A program made the position numbers and the translations under genes. From Veleropilina oligotropha (Eukaryota), in assembly GCA_048128005.1 (NCBI GenBank), contig JBEUKZ010000068.1, positions 248,001-312,000 on the forward strand: a DNA stretch of 64,000 nucleotides. The letters are read 5' to 3'. Each line of letters starts with the position of its first letter. Within the stretch, counting starts at the first letter, position 1. The notes beneath the pieces were generated by a model. That model made no database searches. It saw nothing but the letters and a program-made list of their open reading frames with translations, and had not been told where the DNA came from. Positions 46,801-58,027 of the stretch are shown in pieces.

Positions 46801-48255
46801 AACTCCATTCCGCTATAACTTTCATTTGCCTTCATGGATTGACTTAATACTTCATACACATGCTTATCATCATTCTTAAGGTCAAGGTCAAATGACTTAG
46901 CTCTTCGGACCACCCCAAAAACCAGTATTTGCGTGCAAGTAACTCCATTCCGCTATAACTTTCATCTGCCTTCATGGATTGCCTTGATACTTCATACACT
47001 TGCTTACCATCATTGATACTTCGCTTCTGCCACCCATCCATGTCGCCCCTATGCCCAAGGTCAAGGTCAAATGACTTAGCTCTTCGGACCAGTATTTGCA
47101 TGCGAGTAACTCCATTCCGCTATAACTTTCATCTGCCTTCATGGATTGACTTGATACTTCATACACTTGCTTACCATCATTGATACTTCGCTTCTGCCAC
47201 CCATCCATGTCGCCCCTATGTCCAAGGTCAAGGTCAAATGACTTAGCTCTTCGGACCAGTATTTGCGTGCGAGTAACTCCATTCCGCTATAACTTTCATT
47301 TGCCTTCATGGATTGACTTAATACTTCATACACATGCTTATCATCATTCTTACTTCACTTCTGTGCCCCACCATTGTTGCCCTATGGCTTAGGTCAAGGT
47401 CAAATGACTTAGCTCTTCGCACCAGTATTTGCGTGTAAGTAACTCCATTCTGTTATAACTTCCATCTGCCTTCATGGATTGACTTGATGCTTCATACACT
47501 TCATACTTCCCTTTGCGACCCACACACCCATGTCGTCCATATGCCAAATGTCACGATCAAATGACTTGGCTCTTCTCCAATTTGCTGCCCCTATGGTCAA
47601 GGCTGCCAGTGGGGGCATTCGTGTCCCGTGGACACATTTCTAGTTATATTTAATGATGAGTTTTATATTTCTGTCTTTTAGAACCCCCTAAAAAGAAAAA
47701 AAAGCTACAAAGTAAAGGTGTTTTAACATTAAGCAATTTCTATGATTCGACATAGTCGCTTGTTAGATTCTTTAATACTACATCTTGCATTTTGCTGCAG
47801 GTAGTTTGTTCATAATTTGAATGAAATTGGACTGGACTGGATATTTTGTCTGGTAATATCATGCCTTCACTATATCCAACATTACCTGTACTGTGGGAAG
47901 GAACATCTGAAGGAAACAGTTGACCTATTGTTAATTGCTGGCAGACCTTCACATTATGTAATTGTTTGAAGTGGACTCACAAATCCATTGGTGAGAGTTA
48001 TTCTGGTCAAAAGAACTCGCCTAAGAAGTCTACTAGTCCTAGTCACTTGCATCAAGAAAGACAGATTTTCAAAGCTATTCATAATTCACCCACATGCAAT
48101 GTCTGTATTCAATGTGAATGACAGTTATGTGCTCTCCACATAAGAATACAATATCTTCTGTTTGGAGGTTTCTGAGCTTCTTGCATCTCTCATTTCAGAA
48201 TCTACAGAAGAAGAGAGTGTCAGTGAGGCCGTTGAAGACCAGAGATTAAATTCAG
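25832..48255 (+). CDS. Spliced gene: SET domain + 19-aa repeat + tyrosine-recombinase-like domain (Crypton-like); 3' end not in window
   Basis: Phase-compatible GT-AG exons: 25832-25937 (..VRFVDPII), 31624-31759 (GRGVFA..YIFEY), 37747-37945 (DAT..GRLLND..GEELRYCYG..YPWR), 39910-39958 (tentative), 42917-44587 (FNRRRQGE, GKRGR, STKLRK, LGHD, HRQYY), 45831-45896, 47682-47717 (PPKKKKK), 48199-48255. Confidence 0.78.
26815..27206 (+). mobile_element. Degenerate Helitron-like repeat between (TA)n tracts
   Basis: Internal duplications of ggacctatagacctgagattt; 3' hairpin acccgggcgacgccgggt. Confidence 0.45.
27419..27628 (+). mobile_element. tRNA-derived SINE with 14-bp TSD
   Basis: actatccaggattt at 27405-27418 and 27629-27642; A-box-like tggtcgagtgg; (ccaaa)n tail. 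Confidence 0.75.
27801..29237 (+). repeat. Two tandem ~700-bp copies of a HINE/DINE-like element
   Basis: Both start tttttgtctcgcccgaagggaaagagactataggtattg (27801, ~28496) and contain internal ~180-bp subrepeats. Confidence 0.75.
30685..30808 (+). repeat. ~30-bp minisatellite (4-5 units)
   Basis: Repeated tacccaactgagagagttgtggac. Confidence 0.75.
32026..37204 (+). mobile_element. DIRS1-type tyrosine-recombinase retrotransposon, internally degenerate
   Basis: ITRs ~32038-32238 and ~36970-37170; ICR at 36808-36897 complementary to both outer ends; TTA at both termini; relic motifs RRQSTARVYDYRW and KSLFLIALASGKRSSEIH. Confidence 0.88.
38013..38490 (-). mobile_element. Deleted L2/CR1-like LINE remnant
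   Basis: APE-like ICICTLYRPD..FMDDF..HILLACDVQLHLD; L2-like 3' end near 38015-38075. Confidence 0.5.
39290..39530 (+). mobile_element. Degenerate tRNA-derived SINE
   Basis: B-box-like gggttcgatgc; shares ggacatgtcctg with the SINE at 27419. Confidence 0.45.
42960..43848 (+). repeat. Coding 57-bp tandem repeat (~15-16 units, DISTDSTVxDPTPVLALAS)
   Basis: In-frame 19-aa unit with higher-order alternation of QNLAPHN and LALASRY variants. Confidence 0.95.
46215..47644 (+). mobile_element. HINE/Helentron-like element with internal ~167-bp tandem array
   Basis: 5' tttttatgccccc..ggggcat; gtcc repeats; ~7 units containing aaggtcaaggtcaaatgac; 3' gggggcatt + gtgtcccgtggacac hairpin + ctagtt. Confidence 0.75.
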
Positions 48256-48732
48256 GTACTCTTAATTCAAAACACGTAAACTTAGTATTAAAGTAAGTAT
48301 ACAGTTGTATAACCAATTAAGGACACATTTCTTATTTGTACACAGTTTACCCAGGCACTGTCACTTGCTTGGCACTTTAGGCAGTTTCTAGACATCCTTT
48401 CCACACTCTCCGTACGTATCTGGTGATCTTTCCTCGTAAAGGTGGAGTTGAACTAAGGGCATCGATTCATTATAGGAAGGCTAGGCCAGCTGGCTTCAGC
48501 ACAGCACTTTTAACAACTGAGTTATGGTGGCCAGTATCACTGGCAAAATCTATAACCTACATAGGCTTTTAACTTGACTTACAGGGTGTCAGTAGCTTTT
48601 CAAATATTCTAACAATTTACTATTTTACACTTTGTTTAGTATGCATCCACCATACCTACTCGTAAATAATGTCAGATTGAATTATCCAGGACTTATGGAT
48701 GTATTGGATACTGTTGTGGTTAATACAGGGTT

Positions 48733-49484
48733 AACCAACAGCATTATGTCTTAATGAAACCTTCATGAAACTCAAAGACAACATACATATCAAAGACCAC
48801 TCACTATACAATCACATTGTCACCACAGGTGACAAAGCAACAGGGGGGTTTCAATCATTGTCAACAACAGAACACCACACAGTCAGGTCAACTTAAACAC
48901 AAACTTACAGGCAGTAGCAGTGAAAATATCGACCCACCGAGTAATAACTATCTGCTCGGTATACTTACCACCTAGTACAAACTTACGACCTACTGACCTT
49001 GACAATCTCATCAATCAGCTACCGACCCCATTTATATTGTGTGGCGATTTTAACGCCCACAGTACGGATTGGGGCGGTACTGATACAGATAAACGGGGAC
49101 ATCAAATAGAGGACTTTATTGGGAAACACAATCTGTGTTTATTTAATACTACCAAATCGCCAACATACATGCATCCACCTACAGGCTCACTTACCACCAT
49201 TGACCTTACCATGTGCGACCCATCTGCTTTCCTGGACTTTACTTGGAAAGTTGGTGAGGACCTCCGCGGAAGCGACCACTTTCCAATTTTCCTGGAAAGC
49301 ACAATTAACCAAGCACAAACATACACTGAAAGGTGGAAACTTTACAAAGCTGATTGGCCAAGATTCCAATCCCTTTGCGAAGACCAATTACACTCAAACA
49401 ACTTCACTAATGGCGATGACCCAATATCAAGTTTCTCTACGATATTACATGACATTGCAACACTCTCAATTCCAAAGACCTGTC
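48733..49484 (+). mobile_element. Internal APE-coding fragment of LINE family B (piece B0)
   Basis: Near-identical to 60192-60944; truncated at both ends. Confidence 0.9.
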
Positions 49485-49560
49485 GGGGCTCGATGTTGTG
49501 CGCCTCCTCGTGGTGGGCCCTGGATAGGGGAACGAAAGTTCCCTGAACGAAACGCACAAC
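49485..49560 (+). ncRNA. HDV-like self-cleaving ribozyme
   Basis: P1 GGGGCTC/GGGCCCT (G1-U wobble); P2 GTTGTGC/GCACAAC; P3 GCC/GGT with loop TCCTCGT; P1.1 GG; P4 GGGAAC-gaaa-GTTCCC; J4/2 CGAA. Confidence 0.88.
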
Positions 49561-50078
49561 CAGGTCGTTTGCCGTGACCTGCGACCTACTGTCGAGGGAG
49601 AGTGGGATCCTGGTGGTTGAGGGGCAAAGATGCTGGTATCACCCGTCTTTGACCCAACACACCACTTTGGCCCATGATTCCTCTAGAGTGGTAAATGGAT
49701 GGGCCCGGTCCATTCAATCGGCTGGTAACGCCATGCCCTAGATTGCAGGCGACATAGTTATATGCCAGTTTTAACATCTTTCATTTTGGCAAGTAACTCA
49801 ATTTTATTATCATCATAAACTATCATTCATAATTGTATATATATACTGTAAATAGTTTGGCCTGTAGTATAGAAGGCGGTTGCTCATGGGTCAATCTGGT
49901 ATTATTGACCGCTTAGTTCTTTGGATATATCTAAAGCTTCTAATGTCATTAATAATGGAGTATAATGCATCTGTATCCCCGGTGTCTGCCTGCCGGTTAC
50001 CAGCAGGCTTACGGACATCGCCCTTGTTGGCACTCCATGGTGGGTGGGGACCAGATGCATCGAATTATATCAAATAAC

Positions 50079-51545
50079 ATGGCTAAAAACAAACCCACCA
50101 CCACTAAAAGACTGAGAGAAGATTCGCCACCCTCGTCCGACGAGGATGGCATTCAAAATTCATATAATTCGACTAACTGGCCACGCTTTTTGCTTCTGTC
50201 AGGAATTGAAGGAAACGCCACGAAACATCCCCTAACGAAAAATCCTTTTGTCATAGCTAAGACTATTGAAAGTATTGCAGGAACTGTCAAAAGTGTGAAA
50301 AGATTGAGAGACGGAAACCTTCTTATTGAATGTAATAGAAGGCAACAGTCTCTCAATCTTTTAAAGATCGAGACCTTTGCTAATGCAGCTGTATGCGTAA
50401 AACCTCATACTTACCTGAATACTTCAAAAGGTATCGTTAGGGATCGTGACCGATGCCTTCAATACCTGACAGAACGCGAGATCGAATATGAGTTGCAACA
50501 ACAGGGTGTTATTAATGTCAGACGCTTTTCCATTACAAAAGATGGCTCCAAAATTCCTACTAACACTTATCTCATGACCTTTGAAACCGCTATTTGACCT
50601 ACCCATATCACTGCTGGCTACAATCGCATCGAAGTGGATGTGTACTATCCCAATCCACTTCGGTGCTTTCGATGCCAAAAGTATGGTCATGGTGCAAATA
50701 ACTGCACAAATATGGAGAGGTGTTTCCGCTGTGGAAGTGATGAACACACGAGTGGCAGTATTTACAAATGCGAGGCCCAACCAAAATGTGTCAACTGTAA
50801 TGGGGAACACCCTGCATCATCCAAACAGTGCCCAAAGTGGATTTGGGAGTCCAAAATCACACGCCTGAAAACAGATAAAAATATTTCATATCCTGAGGCT
50901 AAAAAACTTGTATCATCTGAGTCAGCCCAGTCGTTTTCATCTGTTGTTCGCTCATTGGTCCAAAAGCAGTCGATTACCACCGCTTCTGCTGCTTGTCAGA
51001 CGGATCTGACATGGATCTCCAATGAACGACCAACAAGATTAAATAATCCAAATCCACCCTCCACAGCGAAAACATCTCCAGCATCATCACAAACTAACAG
51101 CACCCACCCTGATGTTCCAACTCAAAGCACTTCAAATTCTAAATCATCTACTAAGCCTTCTCAATCTTATACTAGATCTCGATCTACTACCCCGTCGCGA
51201 TCATCAAACCAATCTCGATCAAGGAAAAAGTCTCCCAATTTAGGGAGTAAGCCCCAGTCGGGGCGTCCTAAAAAGGGTCAGGACGACCCAATTAAATTAC
51301 ATAATAGATTTGAAGAATTAGAGCCAGAGTTAATGGAGTTTGCCGCTGACATAGTTGCTGCCGCTACCGAGAAGGGTAGGAAGGCAGCAGCTAAAGCAAA
51401 GTTAAACCGACAGACTAAGGTGGTGGATGATCCACCATTACCACCACCAACTGTCGACGATCCAATGGATGACGATAAATCATTGGATCAGTCATCGGCA
51501 AAGCCAAAAACTCCAAAAAAGCCCGTACTTCCACCAAACAAGTAG
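50079..51545 (+). pseudogene. LINE A ORF1 (gag-like, CCHC knuckles) with in-frame TGA at 50595-50597
   Basis: The two ORF-track segments are in the same frame (FETAI*PTHITAGYNRIEV); PLRCFRCQKYGH and CVNCNGEH knuckles. Confidence 0.85.
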
Positions 51546-51592
51546 TAAATAAAAGCAAAGCACTATACACGACTTATTTACATAAACACAAC

Positions 51593-54500
51593 ATGACAGG
51601 TTCACTAATACAATGGAATTGTAGAGGCATTAAACCGAATATCGATGAGATCAATTTACTAATACAAGACCACAAACCAATAGCAGTTTGTCTCAATGAA
51701 ACTTACATGAAACCCACAGACAACATACGCATTAAAGATCACTCGCTTTATAATCACATTGTCACCACAGGTGACAAGGCTACAGGGGGGGTTTCAATCA
51801 TCATCAACAACAAAACACCACACAGCCAGGTCAACTTAAACACCAACCTACAGGCAGTAGCGGTGAAAATATCGACTCACCGAGTAATAACTATTTGCTC
51901 TGTATACTTACCACCTAGCATAAACATACATCCTACTGACCTTGACGATCTCATTAATCAGCTACCGGCTCCATTTATATTGTGTGGCGATTTTAACGCC
52001 CACAGTACGGATTGGGGCGGTACTTATACAGATAAACGGGGACATCAAATAGAGGACTTTATTGGGAGACACAATTTGTGTCTATTTAACACCACCAAAT
52101 CGCCAACATACATGCATCCACCTACAGGCTCACTTACCACCATTGACCTTACCATGTGCGACCCATCTGCTTTCCTGGACTTTACTTGGAAAGTTGGTGA
52201 GGACCTCCACGGAAGCGACCACTTTCCAATTTTCCTTGAAAGCACAATCAATCAAGCGCAAGAACATACAGAAAGGTGGAAACTTCGCAAAGCAGATTGG
52301 GAGAAATTCCAATCTCTGTGCGAAGAGCAATTACACTCGCATCAATTAACTCATGGCGAAGACCCAATATCAAGTTTCTCTACAACACTACATGACATTG
52401 CAACGCTCTCAATTCCAAAAACCTGTCCAAATGCCAAGCACAAAAATAAACCTTGGTTTAATGAAGACTGCAGACAAGCAATCAAAGCACGCATACATGC
52501 AATTTCAACATTTAAACAGCACCCAACACTACACAATCTTAATAGCTTTAGGCTATTAAGAGCAAAAGCCAGACGTACCATCAAGCAAAGCAAAAGGGAA
52601 TCCTGGCATTCCTACGTTACCAAACTAAACTCTCGTTCCACTATTAAACAAACATGGGATATGATCCGTAAAATCACAGGCAATCATACACCCAACCGCA
52701 TCAAGCACCTTAAAACAAACAACTTAGAAGCCAACACAGCTCAAGACATCGCAAACACCTTGGCAGACACATTTTCTGCCAATTCATCATCCGACAACTG
52801 CACTCCAAAATTCAGCCGTTTTAAACATCAAAAAGAAAAAACAAGGCTCAATTTTAGATCCAACAACACAGAGTCATACAATCAGCCATTTTCACAAAAG
52901 GAACTCGCAGATTCACTAAACAAGGCACATGACACATCAGTTGGCCCTGATGACATTCACTATCAATTACTTAAGCACTTACCTGCAACATCACTTACAA
53001 CTCTACTTGCAATATTCAATACTATCTGGGAAACTGGAACCTTCCCTCCCTCGTGGAGGGAAGCCACAATTATCCCAATTGCAAAGGCGGGAAAAGATAC
53101 ATCAAATCCTAACAGTTATCGACCCATAGCCCTGACGAGTTGTATTTGCAAAACCATGGAACGGATGATAAACGAGAGATTAGTTTGGTATCTTGAATCA
53201 AATAATTTACTTACAGAATATCAAAGTGGGTTCCGGCGCAACCGGAGCACCACAGATCACTTGGTACGTCTGGAAACTTTTGTTCGTGAGGCCTTCCTAA
53301 ACAGACAACATTTAGTTGCTGTTTTTTTCGATCTAGAGAAGGCCTACGACACTACTTGGAAGTACGGCATTATGAAGGATTTGTTTGATTTTGGTTTAAA
53401 GGGCCACTTGCCCAATTTTATTTCGAAATTCCTTGAGGATAGAAATTTTCAAGTCAAGGTGGGTGACACCCTCTCCGATATCCACGACCAGGAGATGGGT
53501 GTCCCTCAAGGAAGCATTTTATCAGTCACCCTATTCAGTATTAAAATAAACAGTATCGTCAAATGTATTAGTGCTGGCACTGACTGTTCATTATTTGTTG
53601 ACGATTTTGGCATTTGCTATCGTTCAACAAATATGAACAGTATAGAACGCCAGCTACAACATGGCCTAAATAAATTACAGACATGGTCCGATGAGAATGG
53701 ATTTAAATTCTCAAAGGACAAAACTAAATGCATGCATTTCTGCCAGCGTCGTGAAATTCATGATGACCCTGTGCTAAAACTGGATGACTTTGAGATTCCA
53801 GTGGTGGACCAATTTAAATTTTTAGGCCTTATATTTGACCGCAAACTGACTTTCATACCTCATATAAAATACATCAAAGCCAAATGCAAAAAGGCTTTAA
53901 ATATAATGAAAGTAATTTCTAATACTGAATGGGGTGCTGATAAAACAGTTTTATTACGACTATATAGATCATTAATTAGATCAAAACTTGATTATGGGAG
54001 CATAGTATATGGCTCTGCTCGCCATTCATATCTTAAAATGCTTGATCCAATCCATAATCAAGGGCTTCGACTTGCATTAGGGGCTTTTCGCACATCACCC
54101 ATGGATAGCCTCTATGTCGAAGCCAACGAACCATCTCTTACACTCAGACGCGAAAAATTATCACTACAATATGCAATAAAATTAAAATCAAATCCATCTA
54201 ACCCAGCTTTCGAAAATGTCTATACACCAAATTACGAAAATCTATTTCAGGCAAAACCAAACAAAATTGCACCGTTTGGCATCCGCATAAAACCAGCACT
54301 AGAAAACGCAGGCATACATGTAGGTCAAATTAAAACAAATCACATTCCGGATACTCCACCATGGACACTAAAAGTACCGGTAATTGATCTACAACTTACA
54401 TCACTCAAAAAATCAAACACAGACACATCAGATTATCTCACAAAAGTGCACGATCTGAAATTAAAATATTCCGATCGTGCAAGCATATACACAGATGGTT

Positions 54501-55276
54501 CAAAAGATGCAGAATTAGTAGGAGCAGCCGCTGTCACTGGCAGACAATGTTTTCAAAACCGACTGCCAGGCAGCGCGACTATATATACTGCAGAACTAAA
54601 AGCAATCGATCTTGCTCTTAATTTTATCTCTACAAGTACTAAACGGCGTTTTATTATCTATTCAGACTCCCTCTCTAGCTTACAAGCACTGAGGGAGATG
54701 AATAGAAATGTTATTGTTCAGGAAATTTTATTAAACTATAACAACCTTTTACCTGACAATGACATTGTTTTATGCTGGATACCGAGCCATATCGGTATCC
54801 AAGGCAATGAGAAGGCTGACCAAGCTGCCAAGGCAGCCTCACATTTTAACAATATACTAAATTGTAAACTACCACACTCAGATTTTAAACAAAGCATAAA
54901 CAAATATATAAATTCTACTTGGCAGCACTCGTGGAGTGAATGCACAAGGAATAAACTGCAGAATGTCCAACCTCTTCTTGGTGACTGGGGACCCTCTTGC
55001 AGGCCATCTCGGCGAGAGGAGGTCGTCTTGGCCAGACTGAGAATTGGGCATTCTCACTACACTCACTCCTACTTGCTTAAAGGGGAGCCTCCACCCGAGT
55101 GTATTCCTTGTGCAACTGCCCTAACAATTAAACATATATTATTGGATTGTGTCGATTTGGATCTCGCACGCCAAAGGTATTTTAGGGCAAATTCACTCCA
55201 AGAGTTATTTAATCTTAATAAGCTCGAAGCCGTATTCGAATTTTTAAAACAGGTAAATATTTTCCATAAGTTATAA
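51593..55276 (+). CDS. LINE A ORF2: APE endonuclease + RT + RNase H + CCHC
   Basis: QWNCRG, GDFNAH, SDHFP, FDLEKAYD, GVPQGS, FVDD, YTDGS, WIPSHIGIQGNEKAD; intact 1227 aa. Confidence 0.95.
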   Translation: MTGSLIQWNCRGIKPNIDEINLLIQDHKPIAVCLNETYMKPTDNIRIKDHSLYNHIVTTGDKATGGVSIIINNKTPHSQVNLNTNLQAVAVKISTHRVITICSVYLPPSINIHPTDLDDLINQLPAPFILCGDFNAHSTDWGGTYTDKRGHQIEDFIGRHNLCLFNTTKSPTYMHPPTGSLTTIDLTMCDPSAFLDFTWKVGEDLHGSDHFPIFLESTINQAQEHTERWKLRKADWEKFQSLCEEQLHSHQLTHGEDPISSFSTTLHDIATLSIPKTCPNAKHKNKPWFNEDCRQAIKARIHAISTFKQHPTLHNLNSFRLLRAKARRTIKQSKRESWHSYVTKLNSRSTIKQTWDMIRKITGNHTPNRIKHLKTNNLEANTAQDIANTLADTFSANSSSDNCTPKFSRFKHQKEKTRLNFRSNNTESYNQPFSQKELADSLNKAHDTSVGPDDIHYQLLKHLPATSLTTLLAIFNTIWETGTFPPSWREATIIPIAKAGKDTSNPNSYRPIALTSCICKTMERMINERLVWYLESNNLLTEYQSGFRRNRSTTDHLVRLETFVREAFLNRQHLVAVFFDLEKAYDTTWKYGIMKDLFDFGLKGHLPNFISKFLEDRNFQVKVGDTLSDIHDQEMGVPQGSILSVTLFSIKINSIVKCISAGTDCSLFVDDFGICYRSTNMNSIERQLQHGLNKLQTWSDENGFKFSKDKTKCMHFCQRREIHDDPVLKLDDFEIPVVDQFKFLGLIFDRKLTFIPHIKYIKAKCKKALNIMKVISNTEWGADKTVLLRLYRSLIRSKLDYGSIVYGSARHSYLKMLDPIHNQGLRLALGAFRTSPMDSLYVEANEPSLTLRREKLSLQYAIKLKSNPSNPAFENVYTPNYENLFQAKPNKIAPFGIRIKPALENAGIHVGQIKTNHIPDTPPWTLKVPVIDLQLTSLKKSNTDTSDYLTKVHDLKLKYSDRASIYTDGSKDAELVGAAAVTGRQCFQNRLPGSATIYTAELKAIDLALNFISTSTKRRFIIYSDSLSSLQALREMNRNVIVQEILLNYNNLLPDNDIVLCWIPSHIGIQGNEKADQAAKAASHFNNILNCKLPHSDFKQSINKYINSTWQHSWSECTRNKLQNVQPLLGDWGPSCRPSRREEVVLARLRIGHSHYTHSYLLKGEPPPECIPCATALTIKHILLDCVDLDLARQRYFRANSLQELFNLNKLEAVFEFLKQVNIFHKL

Positions 55277-55605
55277 TTTTATCTATACTTTTATTTCCTT
55301 TATGACTAAATTCTACATAAATTTCTTTTATTTTATTATTATACTATTTTATTATTATACTCGTTTTTAGCAAACATTTGATCTTATTTTTATCCAAATT
55401 TGCATTGTGTTTATTTTACTTGTAAATATATTGAATTGTTTTTATTATTTATCACATATGTTTTATTGCATTGATATTTTATTAGTAAATATATATCTCA
55501 ACTTTTAACTTTTTATATTAAACTATTGTATAATTAACTTGACCGACCCGATTATGACCATTAGTGTCGGCGTGGTCGTTAAACATCAAATCAAATCAAA
55601 TCAAA

Positions 55606-55704
55606 GCATAGCACACCCATGCGGTTTTGGCAGAACAAGGTCAACTTCGCAGTGTGGTGTGCTACGACGGGTTCCGGGGTATCCGCAGAAGACCACTTGA
55701 ATGC
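55606..55704 (+). other. 99-nt captured fragment of a Polinton-like virus gene
   Basis: Matches the reverse complement of 15019-15117 with 10 mismatches; encodes HSTPMRFWQNKVNFAVWCATTGSGVSAEDHLNA. Confidence 0.93.
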
Positions 55705-57603
55705 CCCCCCAGTCGGTTAGGGGTTAGAATATGCCGACTGCTCTCCCTGCAGAGGGGTAAGATCCCCCAAATGGGAGCCACCTGTTTGCCGTGGGTGGCG
55801 ACCCGTGATGTTGGAGAAGAGGATCCTGGTAGTTGAGCTTCGGCCTTGGTTGAAGCAACACACTACTTTGGCCTCGGATTCAGCTAGACGGGAGGTCAGA
55901 TAGGCCCTATCTGATCAATCGGCTTGTCACGCCGTGCCCTGGGATAATTTAACATTTTAATATAACATTTAAATTTTACATCTTAAAACGTCATATCTTA
56001 GATCACTTACCATCCATTGATCTATATCCCAGAAGGCGGTGGCTGAAGGGCCAATCAAGTGAGGAATGAATGGTGGGATATACACTTCCCACCACTAATA
56101 TTCATTCACTTATTTGAGTATATCACCCGGGTATCCCTGGCATTAGGTGCCGGAACTCCGCACCTGTAAAATGCCCCCTTGTTGGGCTCCGGGGTGGGCG
56201 GGGACCTCGGGTGAAGAAACACTACAATACAACTATGACACATAAATATCACACTCACGCAGCTAAACGACGTAAAGACTCCTATATTGATAATGATTCT
56301 GATGATGATGCTAAATTTATGGCCGCTATCCGGTCAATTCCATTTGATCCTGAGGATGAGGCTCCCTACAAGCCTGATCCTCCACCCCCTGTTCCGGAAA
56401 GCTGGCCCCGTTTCTTAACGGTGACCTCACTTAATGCTAAGACTCCAATTACTTCTCTGAGTCCGTTCGCCATTTCCAAGGCCATTCTTGGCCTGGCTGG
56501 CGAACCACGATCCGTTAAGAAACTTCGAGATGGCTCACTACTGGTCGAATGCGCCAGGAAGAGTCATGCGGAGAACCTTCTTCGAACTGACAAATTCGTC
56601 AATATTTCTGTCAAAATCAGTCCGCATCGGTCTTTAAACAGCTCCAAGGGAGTTATTAGATCTAGGGATCTGCAGGGATGCAGTGAACTAGAATTACTGG
56701 AAGGCATGAAGAGTCAGGGTGTGACTAAGGTTACACGCCTGACTATGTTCAAAGATGGGAAAAAGATCCCCATCAACACCATCATCTTGGAATTCCGCCT
56801 TCCAGTACTTCCAAAGTCTGTGAAAGCTGGATATATCAACATCCCTGTAGAACCCTACATTCCAAACCCCTTGAGATGCTTCAAATGCCAGTCATTTGGG
56901 CATCACAAGGACCGATGCAGAAGGAACCCCGCATGTGCTCGTTGTAGCGAAGAGGGTCACGAGTTTGACTCGTGCTCCAAGCCACCCCTATGCTGTAATT
57001 GCAGGGGTAAGCATTGCGCTTACTCCAAGGACTGTCCGAAGTGGAAGCACGAGAAAGAGATCCAGAGGGTCAAGACCATCGACCGGATCTCTTTCCCGGA
57101 TGCCAGGAAACTGGTGGAATCCCGCACTACCTCGGGCAGATCCTATGCTGCAATTGCTACAGCAACTGAGCAAAAGTCAGTCACTCGATCCTCTTCGACT
57201 CAAATGGATATCACCTGGCCATCTGGTGAAGCGTTCTTCAGTACTTTGCCATCTCGAAATAAACCATCATCGTCATCACTATCAGAATCATCATCTCAAA
57301 CTGTCAAACCAATAATCACATCTAACAAAACTACAAAACCTAACAAAACTACTCGCAACTCGACAAAAGAGGCTGCTGCTGCTCGCAAAGCAGCAACCTC
57401 TAAAAAACAAACAATTACGCCAAACAGACAGCCCAAAGGGTCCGAGGACCCAATTAAGCTGCATAATCGCTTTGGTCACCTGATGGACACTAACGAACCA
57501 TCAGATGACCAAATTGATAATACCGACACGATTATCGAGGACCTCGCGTCTGAAATTGTTGCTGCTGCCATGAAGGGTGGGAAGGCGGCAGCAGACAAAT
57601 TAC
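55705..57603 (+). mobile_element. LINE family B piece B1: 5' UTR + 3'-truncated ORF1
   Basis: Starts ccccccagtcggttagggg; ORF1 breaks at gcagacaaattac. Confidence 0.9.
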
Positions 57604-58027
57604 CCCCCCAGTCGGTTAGGGGTTAGAATATGCCGACTGCTCTCCCTGCAGAGGGGTAAGATCCCCCCAAATGGGAGCCACCTGTTTGCCGTGGGTGGCG
57701 ACCCGTGATGTTGGAGAAGAGGATCCTGGTAGTTGAGCTTCGGCCTTGGCTGAAGCAACACACTACTTTGGCCTCGGATTCAGCTAGACGGGAGGTCAGA
57801 TAGGCCCTATCTGATCAATCGGCTTGTCACGTCAAGCCCTGGGATAAAATATTTTAATAATATTACATTTATACATTTCAATCAAAACATTTTATGTAAC
57901 AGATCATATACCATCAATCGATCTATATCCCAGAAGGCGGTGGCTGAAGGGTCAATCAAGTGAGTAATGGATGGTGGGATACACATTTCCCACCACTACA
58001 TTCATTATCTTATTTGAGTATATCACC
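57604..58027 (+). mobile_element. LINE family B piece B2: 5' UTR only
   Basis: Same 5' start; ends gagtatatcacc; AT-rich segment differs from B1 and B3. Confidence 0.9.

Larger units (their letters stand above)
49485..55605 (+). mobile_element. Full-length I/Nimb-like LINE, family A
   Basis: 5' HDV-like ribozyme, ORF1, ORF2, AT-rich 3' UTR, terminal stem-loop and (ATCAA)n tail. Confidence 0.92.

Noticed and set aside
42960..47520. 57-bp and 167-bp arrays as possible CRISPR arrays
   Set aside because: Contiguous tandem units without unique spacers, no cas genes, eukaryotic context.
55627..55836. 69-aa ORF across the viral fragment / LINE junction
   Set aside because: Wrong frame of the viral fragment, TTG start, chimeric.
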